This document shows, one piece after another, positions 48,990-58,973 of a stretch of 64,000 bases of DNA. The DNA lies in assembly GCA_038204565.1 (NCBI GenBank), contig JBBRCU010000008.1:18412-82411 (forward strand), in the 5' to 3' direction. Position 1 is the first letter of the stretch. Every line of letters starts with the position of its first letter. Source of the DNA: Candidatus Limnocylindrales bacterium (GTDB lineage: Bacteria; Chloroflexota; Limnocylindria; Limnocylindrales; CSP1-4). A program made the position numbers and the translations under genes. The notes under the pieces were generated by a model. It was not told the origin of the DNA. It saw only the letters and a list, made by a program, of their open reading frames with translations, and searched no databases.

Positions 48990-49009
48990 CGGCGTGTCAA
49001 GGCGTCGAT

Positions 49010-50275
49010 CTACGGGTAGAGGCCACGCATCGCGGTGGCGTCGGCGACTCGCTGGACGGCCAGCAGGTAGGCGGCGGTCCGCATGTTGATCTGCTCGCGA
49101 CGGGCGATGGCCAGCGTCTCACTGAACGCCTTGACCATGATCTCCTTGAGCTTCTCGTTGACGACGCGCTCGCTCCAGTGGTCCCGGTTGAGGTCCTGCA
49201 CCCACTCGAAGTAGCTGACGGTCACGCCGCCCGCGTTGCAGAGGATGTCCGGGATCAGGAACTTGCTGTTCTTGAACAGGATCTTGTCGGCCTCGGGAGT
49301 CGTCGGGCCGTTGGCGGCCTCTGCGATCAGGCGGGCCTTGATGTTGCCGGCGTTGTGCTCGCTGATCTGGTTCTCGAGCGCGGCCGGGATCAGGATGTCG
49401 CAGTCGACCTCGAGGACCGCGGCATTGCTGATGTCCTCGGCGCCGGGGAAGCCCTGGACGGTGCCGTGCTCCTTCTTCCAGTTGATCACCCGCTTGATGT
49501 CGAGCCCGTTCGGGTTGTGGATTCCGCCGGTCGAGTCGGAGACCGCGACAACCGTCGCGCCCTCGTCGCCGATGAGCGTCGCCGCGATCGAGCCGGCGTT
49601 GCCGAAGCCCTGGACGGAGACCTTGGCCTTGTTCAGCTCGAGGCCGAGATGGCGGGCCGCCTCGACGATGCAGTAGACCGTGCCGCGGGCGGTGGCCTCG
49701 TTGCGGCCTTCCGACCCACCGAGGCTGATCGGCTTGCCGGTGACGACGCCCGGGACCGTGAAGCCCTGGTGCATCGAATAGGTGTCCATCATCCAGGCCA
49801 TGATCTGGCCGTTGGTGTTGACGTCCGGGGCGGGAATGTCGCGCTCCGGCCCGATCAGGACCTCGATCTCGGTGAAGTAGCGGCGGGTCAGCGCCTCGAG
49901 CTCCTTCTGGCTGAGCTTCTTCGGGTCGACGATGACGCCGCCCTTCCCGCCGCCGTACGGAATCCCGACGACTGCGCACTTCCAGGTCATCCACATCGCG
50001 AGGGCCTTGACCTCGTCGAGGCTGACGTTCTGGTGGTACCGAATGCCGCCCTTGGCCGGGCCTCGGCCGAGGTTGTGCTGGACGCGATAGCCGGTGTAGA
50101 CCTGAACGGAGCCGTCATCCATCTTCACGGGGAAGTGGACGGTGAGCTCGCGGCGGGGCTCGCGCAGGACGCGCCGGAGGCCCGGGTCGAGGTTGAGGCG
50201 TTCGGCCGCGAGGTCGAACTGCTGCTGGGCAACCTGCCAGGGATTGATCGACGCGGCGACTTGCTCGATCGTCAT
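49010..50275 (-). CDS. gdhA: Glutamate dehydrogenase (Glu/Leu/Phe/Val dehydrogenase family)
   Basis: KGGIRYH, MTWK, GGGKGG, PAPDVNT, QGFGNAG and NAGGVTVSYFEW motifs. Confidence 0.93.
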   Translation of the reverse strand: MTIEQVAASINPWQVAQQQFDLAAERLNLDPGLRRVLREPRRELTVHFPVKMDDGSVQVYTGYRVQHNLGRGPAKGGIRYHQNVSLDEVKALAMWMTWKCAVVGIPYGGGKGGVIVDPKKLSQKELEALTRRYFTEIEVLIGPERDIPAPDVNTNGQIMAWMMDTYSMHQGFTVPGVVTGKPISLGGSEGRNEATARGTVYCIVEAARHLGLELNKAKVSVQGFGNAGSIAATLIGDEGATVVAVSDSTGGIHNPNGLDIKRVINWKKEHGTVQGFPGAEDISNAAVLEVDCDILIPAALENQISEHNAGNIKARLIAEAANGPTTPEADKILFKNSKFLIPDILCNAGGVTVSYFEWVQDLNRDHWSERVVNEKLKEIMVKAFSETLAIARREQINMRTAAYLLAVQRVADATAMRGLYP

Positions 50276-50514
50276 GATGCGAGGCGGACCTCCGTGTTGG
50301 CCGGTCCCGACGACCGACCCGAGATGTGGGTCGTCTCCCGGACGACCCCACGGGGCGCCGCCAGCGTCAAGATGGCAGGCGGCGCGTCAAAGCCTCGTCG
50401 AAGTATATCGGCGCAGAGCCGATCCGGCCTCCTGCCGTTCTCCATGTCGCAACCGGGCCGCAACCGCACCGCAACCCGTGCCATTGCGCCTGTCTGGCGC
50501 CCTCGTGGCGCGGG

Positions 50515-51360
50515 TCAGCGCTGGTAGAGGACCGCTGCACCGACGCAGCCGGGTCCGAGATGCGGTCCGACCGACGGCCCGACGATCGACACGCTGACGT
50601 CGGCCGGATCGAGCCCAGCTCTCCGGATCACCTCCTCACGGAAGGCCTCCACGTCCGGCGCGATCGTATGGAGGATCGCGATCCGCTCGATCGGACGGGC
50701 TGTGATCAGCTCGATGCACCGCTCCCGAGACTTCGAGCGGGTCCGCGGCCGGTCGGCCGTCTCCACCTTGCCATCCTCGACCGCGATGATCGGCTTGACC
50801 GAGAGCAGTGTCCCGATCGCCGCCTGGGCGCCGCTGATGCGGCCGCCCTTCTTGAGGTACTCGAGCGTCTCGAGCGAGACGTACATCCGGAGGTCAGACG
50901 CCCGATCCGCGAGGATCTCGGCGATCTCGGCCGCCTCCATGCCGCCTGCCGCGAGCTCCTGGCCCATGAAACACAGGATCGACTCGGCCATCGAGGCGCC
51001 CTTCGAGTCGACGACGTGGATCTCGCGATCGGGCAGCATCGACTTGGCGATCTCCGCGCTCTTGATCGCGCCGGACAGGGTGCCTGCAACATGGACGGAG
51101 ATGATCGCGTCAGCGCCCTCGGCGAACGCCCCGTCGTAGATCGCCTTCACGTCCCCGGGGCTCGCGGCAGCGGTCTTCGGGAACGGCGCATCGGGCGCGA
51201 TCATCCGGGCCCAGAAATCCTCGGTCGAGAGGTCGATGCCGGCCCGGAACGAGTCTGGCCCGAAGGTCACCACGAGGGGCACGACGCGAATTCCGTGGGC
51301 GGTCGCGACCGCCGGGTCGAGGTCCGACGCCGAGTCGGTGACGAAGACGATGCGGGCCAC
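50515..51360 (-). CDS. DegV family fatty-acid-binding protein
   Basis: VTDSASDL, LSG, L.KGGRI, VKPII and HLGPG motifs; start GTG at 51360 after GGAGG. Confidence 0.92.
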   Translation of the reverse strand: MARIVFVTDSASDLDPAVATAHGIRVVPLVVTFGPDSFRAGIDLSTEDFWARMIAPDAPFPKTAAASPGDVKAIYDGAFAEGADAIISVHVAGTLSGAIKSAEIAKSMLPDREIHVVDSKGASMAESILCFMGQELAAGGMEAAEIAEILADRASDLRMYVSLETLEYLKKGGRISGAQAAIGTLLSVKPIIAVEDGKVETADRPRTRSKSRERCIELITARPIERIAILHTIAPDVEAFREEVIRRAGLDPADVSVSIVGPSVGPHLGPGCVGAAVLYQR

Positions 51361-51424
51361 GGCTCCCTCCAGAGTGGCGATCCCCGCGACGATGATACGG
51401 GACCGCAACCGGCTTCAACCGATC

Positions 51425-52720
51425 TCAGGCGGCCAGGGAGTCCGCTCCGGCGGCGGTCCCGACCCGATGCTCGAACCGCCGCAGCCGGCGCAACGGAACG
51501 AGCGCGACGACGAGCAGGGCGAGAGTCGCGAGCAGGATGCCGTCCAGACCGAGGAGCCTGGCCGCCTCCGCGCCGAGGAAGCTGCCGATGATCTGGCCGA
51601 TCGCGAGGAAGACCGAATACAGGCCCATGATCGCCCCACGGTCCGACGGGTAGGCCTCGCTCATGTCGGCGAGCAGGCCCAGGGCGGCCGGCGTTGCACC
51701 GGCAAGGACGAACAGCCCGGTCCCGGCGAGGACGGCGGCGGCAAGGACGAGCGGGACGATGCCCCCGGCATGGTTGACGCTCGCGGCGCCGACGACCGCG
51801 AGCGCCCCGCCGCCGATCCCGTAGAGGATGATCGTGGTCCGCCGGTAGCGTCGGAATCGCTCGCCCCAGAAGACGAGCCCGGCGAAGAAGACGATCAGGG
51901 CGACGCCGAGGCCGAGGGCGATCTGGGCGCCGACGAACCCGCCCATCAGGGCCTGCTCATGGAAGCGCGGGTCGCGTTCCTTGATCAGCTGGAAGATCGA
52001 CTGGCTCGCCCACAGCCCGAGCGCGGCGTTGATCGCGATCCAGGTCGGGGCGAGGAGCCAGACGTGTGAGCTGGTCAGGACCGCTCGGTAGCGCCGCCAG
52101 CCGGTGTGCTCGCCGGCCGCCGCCGCGGCCTCACCGGGCACAGCTGGCACCCCGAATCGGTAGATCAGGAGGGACACCACGTAGAAGCAGGCGTTGAGGA
52201 GGAATGCGTCGCGATGCAGGCCACCCCACATCCCCGGGATCCCGTCGTAGAGGATTCCTGCTGCCACGGCGCCCGCGCCGATCCCGGCCAGCGTCGCACC
52301 CTCGAAGCGGGCAGACGCGCGTCCGCGCATCAGCTCGTTTCCGGCCGTGACCATCGCGATGAAGCCGAGGATCGACGGCACCGACGCGGCCGTCGAGGCG
52401 CCCTCGAGGAGCCGCGTGCCCCCGATCAGGGCAACGTTCGTGGTCATCCAGGTGAGGACCGACGCGACGATCCCGAACAGCGGCCCGACCTGCATGACCC
52501 GGTGATGGCCGATCCGGTCCGACAGGAGCCCGAACGGCGTCGCGAGGATCAGCTCCGAGGCATAGAACAGCGCCACCATCGTGGCCAGGGTCGTCTCGTC
52601 CGAGCGCGGGCCGCCGTAATCGTGGAGGTGGCGGAGGTAGAAGATGAAGAGCCCGCCGGTCAGGCCGGTGCTGAAGCGCAGCGTGAACGTCCCGAGGAAG
52701 ACGGCGTAGAGGGATCGCAC
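51425..52720 (-). CDS. MFS transporter
   Basis: GLLSDRIGHHR motif A; about 12 TMs. Confidence 0.88.
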   Translation of the reverse strand: MRSLYAVFLGTFTLRFSTGLTGGLFIFYLRHLHDYGGPRSDETTLATMVALFYASELILATPFGLLSDRIGHHRVMQVGPLFGIVASVLTWMTTNVALIGGTRLLEGASTAASVPSILGFIAMVTAGNELMRGRASARFEGATLAGIGAGAVAAGILYDGIPGMWGGLHRDAFLLNACFYVVSLLIYRFGVPAVPGEAAAAAGEHTGWRRYRAVLTSSHVWLLAPTWIAINAALGLWASQSIFQLIKERDPRFHEQALMGGFVGAQIALGLGVALIVFFAGLVFWGERFRRYRRTTIILYGIGGGALAVVGAASVNHAGGIVPLVLAAAVLAGTGLFVLAGATPAALGLLADMSEAYPSDRGAIMGLYSVFLAIGQIIGSFLGAEAARLLGLDGILLATLALLVVALVPLRRLRRFEHRVGTAAGADSLAA

Positions 52721-52765
52721 GGGGCAAGGGTACCGGCGGAAGCCGCCCGCCGAACGGAGCCGAAC

Positions 52766-53680
52766 TCAGTCCGCGTCGAGCTCCGCGAGGACGCCACCCA
52801 TGACATCCAAAGCGGCCGTCGTCTGGGGTTCGAACATGAACTCGAGCTGAGTGAAGCCGGCGTCCCGGATCGACCGGAAGGTGTCGGCGATCTTGTCAAT
52901 CGGACCGGTGACGGCCGCACCGAACACGCTTTCGTAGGGACCAGCGGTCAAGGGAGCGACCATCAGCCCGGCAGAGCGGCGGACCGTTCCAGGGTCCCGG
53001 CCGGCCGCCGCGCACGCCGCCTCGAACGGCGCGATCCGGGCGGCCAGGTCTGCCGTCGGGTCGGCGCCGGTTGCGTATGAGCTCCAGATGTCGGCGTGGC
53101 GGACAACGTGGCGATAGCCGCGGGGGCCGTGGGCTGCGAGCATCAGCGGGATCCCGCCCGGCCGTGGGCCGGGTGGCTTCTGGACCAGGTCGCGCGCGGT
53201 GTGATACGTCCCGTGGTGGTCGGCCTGGCCCGCCCGGAGAAGCGGCACGATGATCTCGAGCGCCTCCTCGAAGCGTTCGTAGACGTGGTCCTCGGGCAGC
53301 CCGAATGCCCGGGCGCCCGTCCCCCCATGGCCCGCGCCCAGACCCAGGACGAACCGGCCGCCGCTGATCTCGTCGATCGTCGCGGCAGCCTTCGCGGCAA
53401 TGCCCGGGTTGCGGTGGAGCGCCGACATGACCCAGGTCCCGATCTTGACCCGGGTCGTCGACGCTGCCAGGGCCGCCGGCATCGCGATCCCGTCCCAGAA
53501 CCCGTGAACCTCGCCCCCGCTGACCACCCGCCCGAGGAGTTCATCGGGGCTCCAGATCGTGTCGAACCCGAGCATCTCGGCGCGCTCCGCGAGGGCCCGC
53601 AGATCGGTCCACGGTACGGGCCGCGGGTCCGGCGTGGATCGCCAGGTCCCGAGGACGACACCAATTTGCAGTGACCGCAC
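52766..53680 (-). CDS. LLM-class flavin (possibly F420)-dependent oxidoreductase
   Basis: AE.LGFD.IW..D, T.RVKIGT and AATIDEISGGRFVLGLGAG motifs. Confidence 0.9.
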   Translation of the reverse strand: MRSLQIGVVLGTWRSTPDPRPVPWTDLRALAERAEMLGFDTIWSPDELLGRVVSGGEVHGFWDGIAMPAALAASTTRVKIGTWVMSALHRNPGIAAKAAATIDEISGGRFVLGLGAGHGGTGARAFGLPEDHVYERFEEALEIIVPLLRAGQADHHGTYHTARDLVQKPPGPRPGGIPLMLAAHGPRGYRHVVRHADIWSSYATGADPTADLAARIAPFEAACAAAGRDPGTVRRSAGLMVAPLTAGPYESVFGAAVTGPIDKIADTFRSIRDAGFTQLEFMFEPQTTAALDVMGGVLAELDAD

Positions 53681-53760
53681 GAAATCCTCCAGGGAGCAAC
53701 GATGCCCGCGAGTCTAGGCGCCCAGCGAGCCTCGAGTGGCGGCTCTTCTACAATCGCTCC

Positions 53761-55428
53761 ATGCCCGATCGCCCGCTGGTCCCGATGCCGCTGATCCGGG
53801 GAGCCCACGGGGCGGTCGTGGCCCCGCACCACCTGGCGACCGCGGCCGGCCTCGCGATCCTGCGGGCGGGCGGGCATGCGGTCGATGCCGCCATCGCCAC
53901 GAACGCAGTCCTCGGTGTCGTCCTGCCGTCCGGCTGCGGGATCGGCGGCGATGCGTTCTGGCTGATCTGGGACGAGACGGGCGGCCGCCAGACTGCCCTG
54001 AACGGATCCGGACGGGCGGCGGTCGGCGCGGATGCCGCCGCGCTCCGGACAACCGGGATGACCGCCCTCCCCTACCGCGGCCCGCTCGCGATCACGGTCC
54101 CCGGCGCCGTCCGCTCGTGGGACGACGCCCATCGCCGGCATGGGCGGCTCTCGGCGGCCGAGGTCCTCGCCCCGGCGATCGAGCTCGCCTGGAACGGATT
54201 CCCGGCCTGGGACGGGTTCATCTCAGCCGTGGAAGGAGTGCTTCCGGATGTCATCGCGGCGCTCGGGCCCCGGTCCGGATTCGAGCGGGTCTACCGGCCC
54301 CACGGCCGAGCCTGGCGGCTGGGCGAACGGGTGAAGCTGCCGGCCCTCGCCGCGACGCTCGAGCGGCTGGCCGAGGTCGGGTTCCAGGACTTCTACGACG
54401 GCGAGATCGGCGAGCGCCAGGCGGCCGGTCTCGCCCGGGTCGGCTCCGCGATCGGCGTCGACGACCTGCGGGGCCATCGATCGACGTGGACGGCGCCGAT
54501 CGGGACCGAGTATCGCGGCGTCCGGGTCACCACCCATCCGCCCAACTCGTCGGGGATCGTCGCGCTGGAGCTGCTGAACCTGCTCGAGACGTTCGAGCCG
54601 CCGGATGCCGGCGCATTCGGTGCCGCCGGTGTGTCCGAGGCCCGCTGGGTCCATCTCGGGATCGAGGCCGCCAAGCTCGCGATGGCAGATCGCGACCGCT
54701 GGCTGACCGACCCGGCCTTCCTCGACATCCCAGTGGAGCGGCTGATCTCGAAGGATTACGCGACGGAACTGGCGGTGGGGATCGACCCCCAGCACGCTTC
54801 GCAGCCGCCCGCCTCGACGAACCCGCGCGGCGGCGGAACGATCTATCTCGCGACGGTCGACGCGGAGGGCAACGCCGTCAGCCTGATCGAATCGAATTAC
54901 ATGGGCTTCGGTTCGGGCGTCGTCGACCCCGACACCGGGATCCATTACCAGAACCGTGGTTCGTACTTCTCGCTAAACCCGGAACACCCGAACGTGCTGG
55001 CACCGGCCAAGCGGACGCTCCACACGCTGCTCCCCGGGATGCTGTTCCGGGCTGGCGAGCGGCGGCCGTGGGTCGTGACCGGGTCGATGGGCGGCGACGC
55101 TCAGCCGCAGATCCACGCCCAGGTGGTGTCGGCTCTCGTCGATGGCGGGGTCGACATCGCGACCGCGGTCGGGGCGCCGCGCTGGTTCGTCGACGGCCCC
55201 GAGCATTTCGCGCCACCGGTCGACGTCCGTGCGGAGCGCCGGTACGACTCGGCCGTCCTCGAGGCGCTCGAGGCCATGGGCCACCCGGTCAAGCGGACGA
55301 TCCCGTTCAACGGCGCGCTCGGCCACGCCCACGCGATCGAGCTCGTGGACGGCGGCCCGGCGGAACCGGGAGGCTCCGTCGCAGCGGCGACCGATCCGCG
55401 GAGCGCCGGGTTGCCCGCGGTCTGGTGA
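53761..55428 (+). CDS. Gamma-glutamyltransferase family (Ntn hydrolase, YwrD-like)
   Basis: AVDAAIA, GIGGD, TVPG, PPNS, G-TIYL (catalytic Thr), QNRG and MGGDAQPQ motifs; start at 53761 after TACAAT. Confidence 0.92.
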   Translation: MPDRPLVPMPLIRGAHGAVVAPHHLATAAGLAILRAGGHAVDAAIATNAVLGVVLPSGCGIGGDAFWLIWDETGGRQTALNGSGRAAVGADAAALRTTGMTALPYRGPLAITVPGAVRSWDDAHRRHGRLSAAEVLAPAIELAWNGFPAWDGFISAVEGVLPDVIAALGPRSGFERVYRPHGRAWRLGERVKLPALAATLERLAEVGFQDFYDGEIGERQAAGLARVGSAIGVDDLRGHRSTWTAPIGTEYRGVRVTTHPPNSSGIVALELLNLLETFEPPDAGAFGAAGVSEARWVHLGIEAAKLAMADRDRWLTDPAFLDIPVERLISKDYATELAVGIDPQHASQPPASTNPRGGGTIYLATVDAEGNAVSLIESNYMGFGSGVVDPDTGIHYQNRGSYFSLNPEHPNVLAPAKRTLHTLLPGMLFRAGERRPWVVTGSMGGDAQPQIHAQVVSALVDGGVDIATAVGAPRWFVDGPEHFAPPVDVRAERRYDSAVLEALEAMGHPVKRTIPFNGALGHAHAIELVDGGPAEPGGSVAAATDPRSAGLPAVW

Positions 55429-55537
55429 CCGTTCCCTCACGACGGCCTCTGCGTTATCCTCGGCCCCAACCGGTGGTGGGCTGCGCTCACACGACGCCGC
55501 CACCGGTCCTTTCCCCGCCCCGATCGCGGAGCCGTCC

Positions 55538-55810
55538 ATGACCTCGAACGTCGGCCAGAGCTACCCGTATACGAGCGAAACCGAGGCCGACCGGGCCACC
55601 CGGATCGGGTCACTGGTCGCGGAGCGTGAGGGCCTGTCCGACAAGCTCAAGGCGGAGACAACGCCGCTCGATGCGAACGACCGCTGGTGGGTCTGGAAGT
55701 GCCCGACGAGCGGCTGTCCGGGTCTGCTCCACGTCGCGGGCTACGCAGCGGAGAAGCACGCGCTCTACGTCGTCTGCGACGGCACCTGCGGCAAGACCTT
55801 CTTGCGCTGA
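55538..55810 (+). CDS. Small Cys4 zinc-ribbon-like protein (90 aa)
   Basis: MTSNVGQSYPY...WKCPTSGC...VCDGTC; SD GGAG; good codon bias. Confidence 0.75.
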   Translation: MTSNVGQSYPYTSETEADRATRIGSLVAEREGLSDKLKAETTPLDANDRWWVWKCPTSGCPGLLHVAGYAAEKHALYVVCDGTCGKTFLR

Positions 55811-56604
55811 GCGCGCCCGACCGGCCCTCGCCGCCGGGCATCCCGCCGCTTGACCCGCCGGCCCTCGCTCGCGCCCGCCGCCAGCTTGTCCTCGACGGTC
55901 TCGGGATCGTCGTCAGCGCAGCCGGCTTCGGCTTCGTCTTCGGCCTGACAGCCCGGACGACCGGCCACTTCTCGCCGATCGAGGCGATGGCGATGAGCCT
56001 GATCGCCTTTGCCGGGGCGGCCCAGTTCACCGCGATCGGCTACGTCGCGACCGGCGTGCCGTGGCCGGCCATCGGACTCCTGACCTTCCTGCTGAACGCC
56101 CGCCACGTCCTCTACTCGGCCGCCCTCGCGCCGTGGTTCCGTGGCCGGCGGTTTGCCGAGCGGGCGGTCGCCGCTCAACTCCTCACCGACGAGGCCTTTG
56201 CGCTGTCGATCGCCCACTTCCGGCGGGTCGGCCGGTTCGACCCGATCGGCTACTGGTACCCCGCGATCGTCACGACCTTGATCCCGTGGAACCTCGCGAC
56301 CTTCGCCGGGGTGATGCTCGGCGACGCGATCGTCAACCCCCAGCGGCTCGGGATCGATGTCATCTCGCCCGCCGCCATGGGCGGGCTGGCGGTCGGGCTG
56401 ATCGCCGGCCGGCGCGAGCTCGTCGCCGCGTGCGCCGGTGCCGTCGTTGCGGTCGGCACGTCGCTGTGGCTGAGCTCGACCGTGGGGATCATGGCCGGCG
56501 GGCTGGTCGGCCCCTTCGTCGGGCTGCTGGTACCGCCGGTGAGCGGCGCGGCGCTCGACCCCGAAGGCGAGCCGTTGCCGCGTCTCGAGGACATGTCGCC
56601 GTGA
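55807..56604 (+). CDS. AzlC-family amino acid exporter, large subunit (start uncertain)
   Basis: FAGAAQF, NARHVLYS and LTDEAFA motifs. Confidence 0.85.
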   Translation: MSAPDRPSPPGIPPLDPPALARARRQLVLDGLGIVVSAAGFGFVFGLTARTTGHFSPIEAMAMSLIAFAGAAQFTAIGYVATGVPWPAIGLLTFLLNARHVLYSAALAPWFRGRRFAERAVAAQLLTDEAFALSIAHFRRVGRFDPIGYWYPAIVTTLIPWNLATFAGVMLGDAIVNPQRLGIDVISPAAMGGLAVGLIAGRRELVAACAGAVVAVGTSLWLSSTVGIMAGGLVGPFVGLLVPPVSGAALDPEGEPLPRLEDMSP

Positions 56605-56930
56605 GCACTGATCTCGTTCCACTGGCGTTCCTGATGTTCGCGGTGACCTATCCGTCACGCGCGATCGGGCTCCTCAATCCCGCGATCGACCGGCTGCCGC
56701 GGCGGTCGCTCGAATACCTCCGACTGGTCGGGCCGGCCGTCCTGGCGGCGCTTGCGGCAACTCAGGTGATGGTCGGCAGCGACCAGGGTCGGCCGATCTT
56801 CGTCGTCGGGCTGCCGTGGGTGTCGGTCATCGCCTGCCTGGCGATCGTCGCGTGGCGGAAGAACCTGTTTCTCGGTCTGATCGCTGCTGTCGCGATCGCC
56901 GTCGCCGGCCGGGCGGTCGGGCTGAACTGA
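56601..56930 (+). CDS. AzlD-family small subunit
   Basis: VTY.SR and L..V.PAVLAAL motifs; GTGA overlap with azlC. Confidence 0.85.
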   Translation: MSTDLVPLAFLMFAVTYPSRAIGLLNPAIDRLPRRSLEYLRLVGPAVLAALAATQVMVGSDQGRPIFVVGLPWVSVIACLAIVAWRKNLFLGLIAAVAIAVAGRAVGLN

Positions 56931-57007
56931 CACTTCCGGGTCGCGGTGAATGATCGGCCGGGGGGCAGCTGTACGGAGCGCCCACCGTTCCGCAGCCGGA
57001 GAATCCG

Positions 57008-57190
57008 ATGACCGCCACCGCTCGCAGCGTCCTCGTCTACTCGATCTACGCGCTCGGTCTCGGGGCCACCCCGATCCTCGCGCCCGGCGTGGCGTTGCCG
57101 ATCTTCGGCGTGGCGGCGCCGGCCGAGGAGGCCATCGCGAACTCGGACGACGGACCGGGCGCCATGTCCGGGACGGCCTCGACGCGCTGA
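57008..57190 (+). pseudogene. Probable truncated membrane-protein remnant
   Basis: One or two TM-like segments (MTATARSVLVYSIYALGLG...IFG), then low-information sequence and an early stop abutting ridA. Confidence 0.4.
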
Positions 57191-57194
57191 GACG

Positions 57195-57596
57195 TCACGA
57201 TCCGCTGCTCCGGCAGGCGTCGAGCTCGACCTCGACGCGCATCGACGGCTCGAGCAGCGCGGCCACGACGACAAGAGCCGAGACCGGTCGGATCGAGCCG
57301 AAGATGTCGCCATGGACGGTTGCGGCCGCCGATGCATCCGCGGCGTCTATCACGTACATCCGGGTCCGGACGACGTCCTCGGGCGCGAACCCGGCCGCCC
57401 GGAGGGCGTCGATCGCGATGCCGAATGCGGCCCGAGTCTGGGCGGCGGCATCGCCCGGGTTGGTCGACGCGCCGTCGGGGCCGGCGTCGGTCGTGCCGGC
57501 AACCCAGCACGAATCGCCGACGACGACGGCCCGGCTGTAGCCGAAGCGCTCCTCGTACGGCCCACCCGACGAGATGAGTCGTCGCGCTCCGCTCAT
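57195..57596 (-). CDS. RidA/YjgF family protein
   Basis: GYSRAV, VAGTT, DVVRTRMY, IRP and VEVELDA motifs; ATGA-coupled to the M20 gene. Confidence 0.9.
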   Translation of the reverse strand: MSGARRLISSGGPYEERFGYSRAVVVGDSCWVAGTTDAGPDGASTNPGDAAAQTRAAFGIAIDALRAAGFAPEDVVRTRMYVIDAADASAAATVHGDIFGSIRPVSALVVVAALLEPSMRVEVELDACRSSGS

Positions 57597-58873
57597 CGGG
57601 CGGCGGGTGCTTCGGCCGTTCCGGGGACGACCGCGCCAGCAGCCCGCCAGCCGGCGACGACCGGGTCGCGTCCGATCGCCAGGAGCAGGCCCGCAAGGAG
57701 GGCAGTCCGGGGCACGACCGACGCCACCTCGAGATATTCCGCCGGTGAGTGGTCCATCCCACCGATCGGGCCGAGCCCGTCGATCGAGGCGACGCCCATC
57801 CCCGAGGTCGTGTTTGCGTCCGAGGCGCCGCCGGTCGCTGCGTCGTGGACCTCGAACCCCAGACGCCGGGCGATCGCCTGGGCGTGCTCGACGAGCCGGC
57901 CGGAGCGCTCCAGCTTCTCCATCGGCCACCAGCGGGCCATCGGCTCGAGCTCGGCAGTCACGTCTGGCACCACGAGGGTCGCGAGCATCGCCCGGATTTC
58001 CGCCTCGGCGGCCTCGAGATCTGCCCGCCGGACGGCCCGCACGTCGACCTCGAACGAGCACCGCTCGGCGACGACGTTCGGGCGGGTCCCGCCGTCGATC
58101 ACGCCGACGTTGAACGTGACGCCCACCCAGCGCCCGTTCAGGGCGTGGATCCGGGTGACCAGATCGGCGGCGGCGAGCACCGCGGAGCGGCCCTTCTCGG
58201 GCTCGACCCCGGCGTGGGCAGCGCGGCCGTGGACGGTGACCCGGGCGTCGAGGATGCCCTTCCGCGAGGAGACGATGTCGCCGTTCGCTCGGGCGCACTC
58301 CAGGACAAGGCAGACGTCCGAGTCCGTGGCCACCTCGCGGATGTGCGGCGTCGAGCTCGGCGAGCCGATCTCCTCGTCCGGATTGGCGATCCAGGTCAGC
58401 CGCTCGAATGGAAGCGGCCCGGTCTCGGCCAGCGCCCGGACGGCGTACAGGCCGGCGAGGAGACCCGCCTTCATGTCGGTGACACCGGGGCCGTGGGCGA
58501 TCCCATCGGTATCGATGGCGAACGGCCGCTCGGCGGCGGTTCCGACGTCGAACACGGTGTCCAGGTGACCGATGAGCAGGATCCGCGGTCCGCCCGGGGT
58601 TCCCCGCGCGCCATCCCAGGTTCCGATCACCGTCGCGCCTCGCGTGCCGGCCGGATCCGGGCGGACCTCGACCGAGGCGCCGCTCGCGGTCATGAACGCG
58701 GCCACGAACCGGCCGACCTCATCGACGCCGGCCGGGGTATATGAGCCGCAATCCGTGTTGACGAGCCGCTCGAGGTCGGCAAGGTAGACCGGCTCGAACG
58801 CGCGGATCGCGGATTCGAGCTCGGCGAGCTCCGCGTCGGTCACGGCGGCTCCGGATGGGGTGACGGTATCCAT
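57593..58873 (-). CDS. M20 metallopeptidase (carboxypeptidase G2-like)
   Basis: GHLDTV, GPGVTDMKAG, DEEIGS, GGASDAN and H..EY motifs. Confidence 0.92.
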   Translation of the reverse strand: MDTVTPSGAAVTDAELAELESAIRAFEPVYLADLERLVNTDCGSYTPAGVDEVGRFVAAFMTASGASVEVRPDPAGTRGATVIGTWDGARGTPGGPRILLIGHLDTVFDVGTAAERPFAIDTDGIAHGPGVTDMKAGLLAGLYAVRALAETGPLPFERLTWIANPDEEIGSPSSTPHIREVATDSDVCLVLECARANGDIVSSRKGILDARVTVHGRAAHAGVEPEKGRSAVLAAADLVTRIHALNGRWVGVTFNVGVIDGGTRPNVVAERCSFEVDVRAVRRADLEAAEAEIRAMLATLVVPDVTAELEPMARWWPMEKLERSGRLVEHAQAIARRLGFEVHDAATGGASDANTTSGMGVASIDGLGPIGGMDHSPAEYLEVASVVPRTALLAGLLLAIGRDPVVAGWRAAGAVVPGTAEAPAAR

Positions 58874-58973
58874 GGGCGAAGTCTAGGCGGCCTCGCGGGC
58901 CCGCGGGGGAGGCCGTCGATCCACCCGAAACGGACGGATCGGGCCCGGTCCGGAGCGCTACCATCCCCGAACC

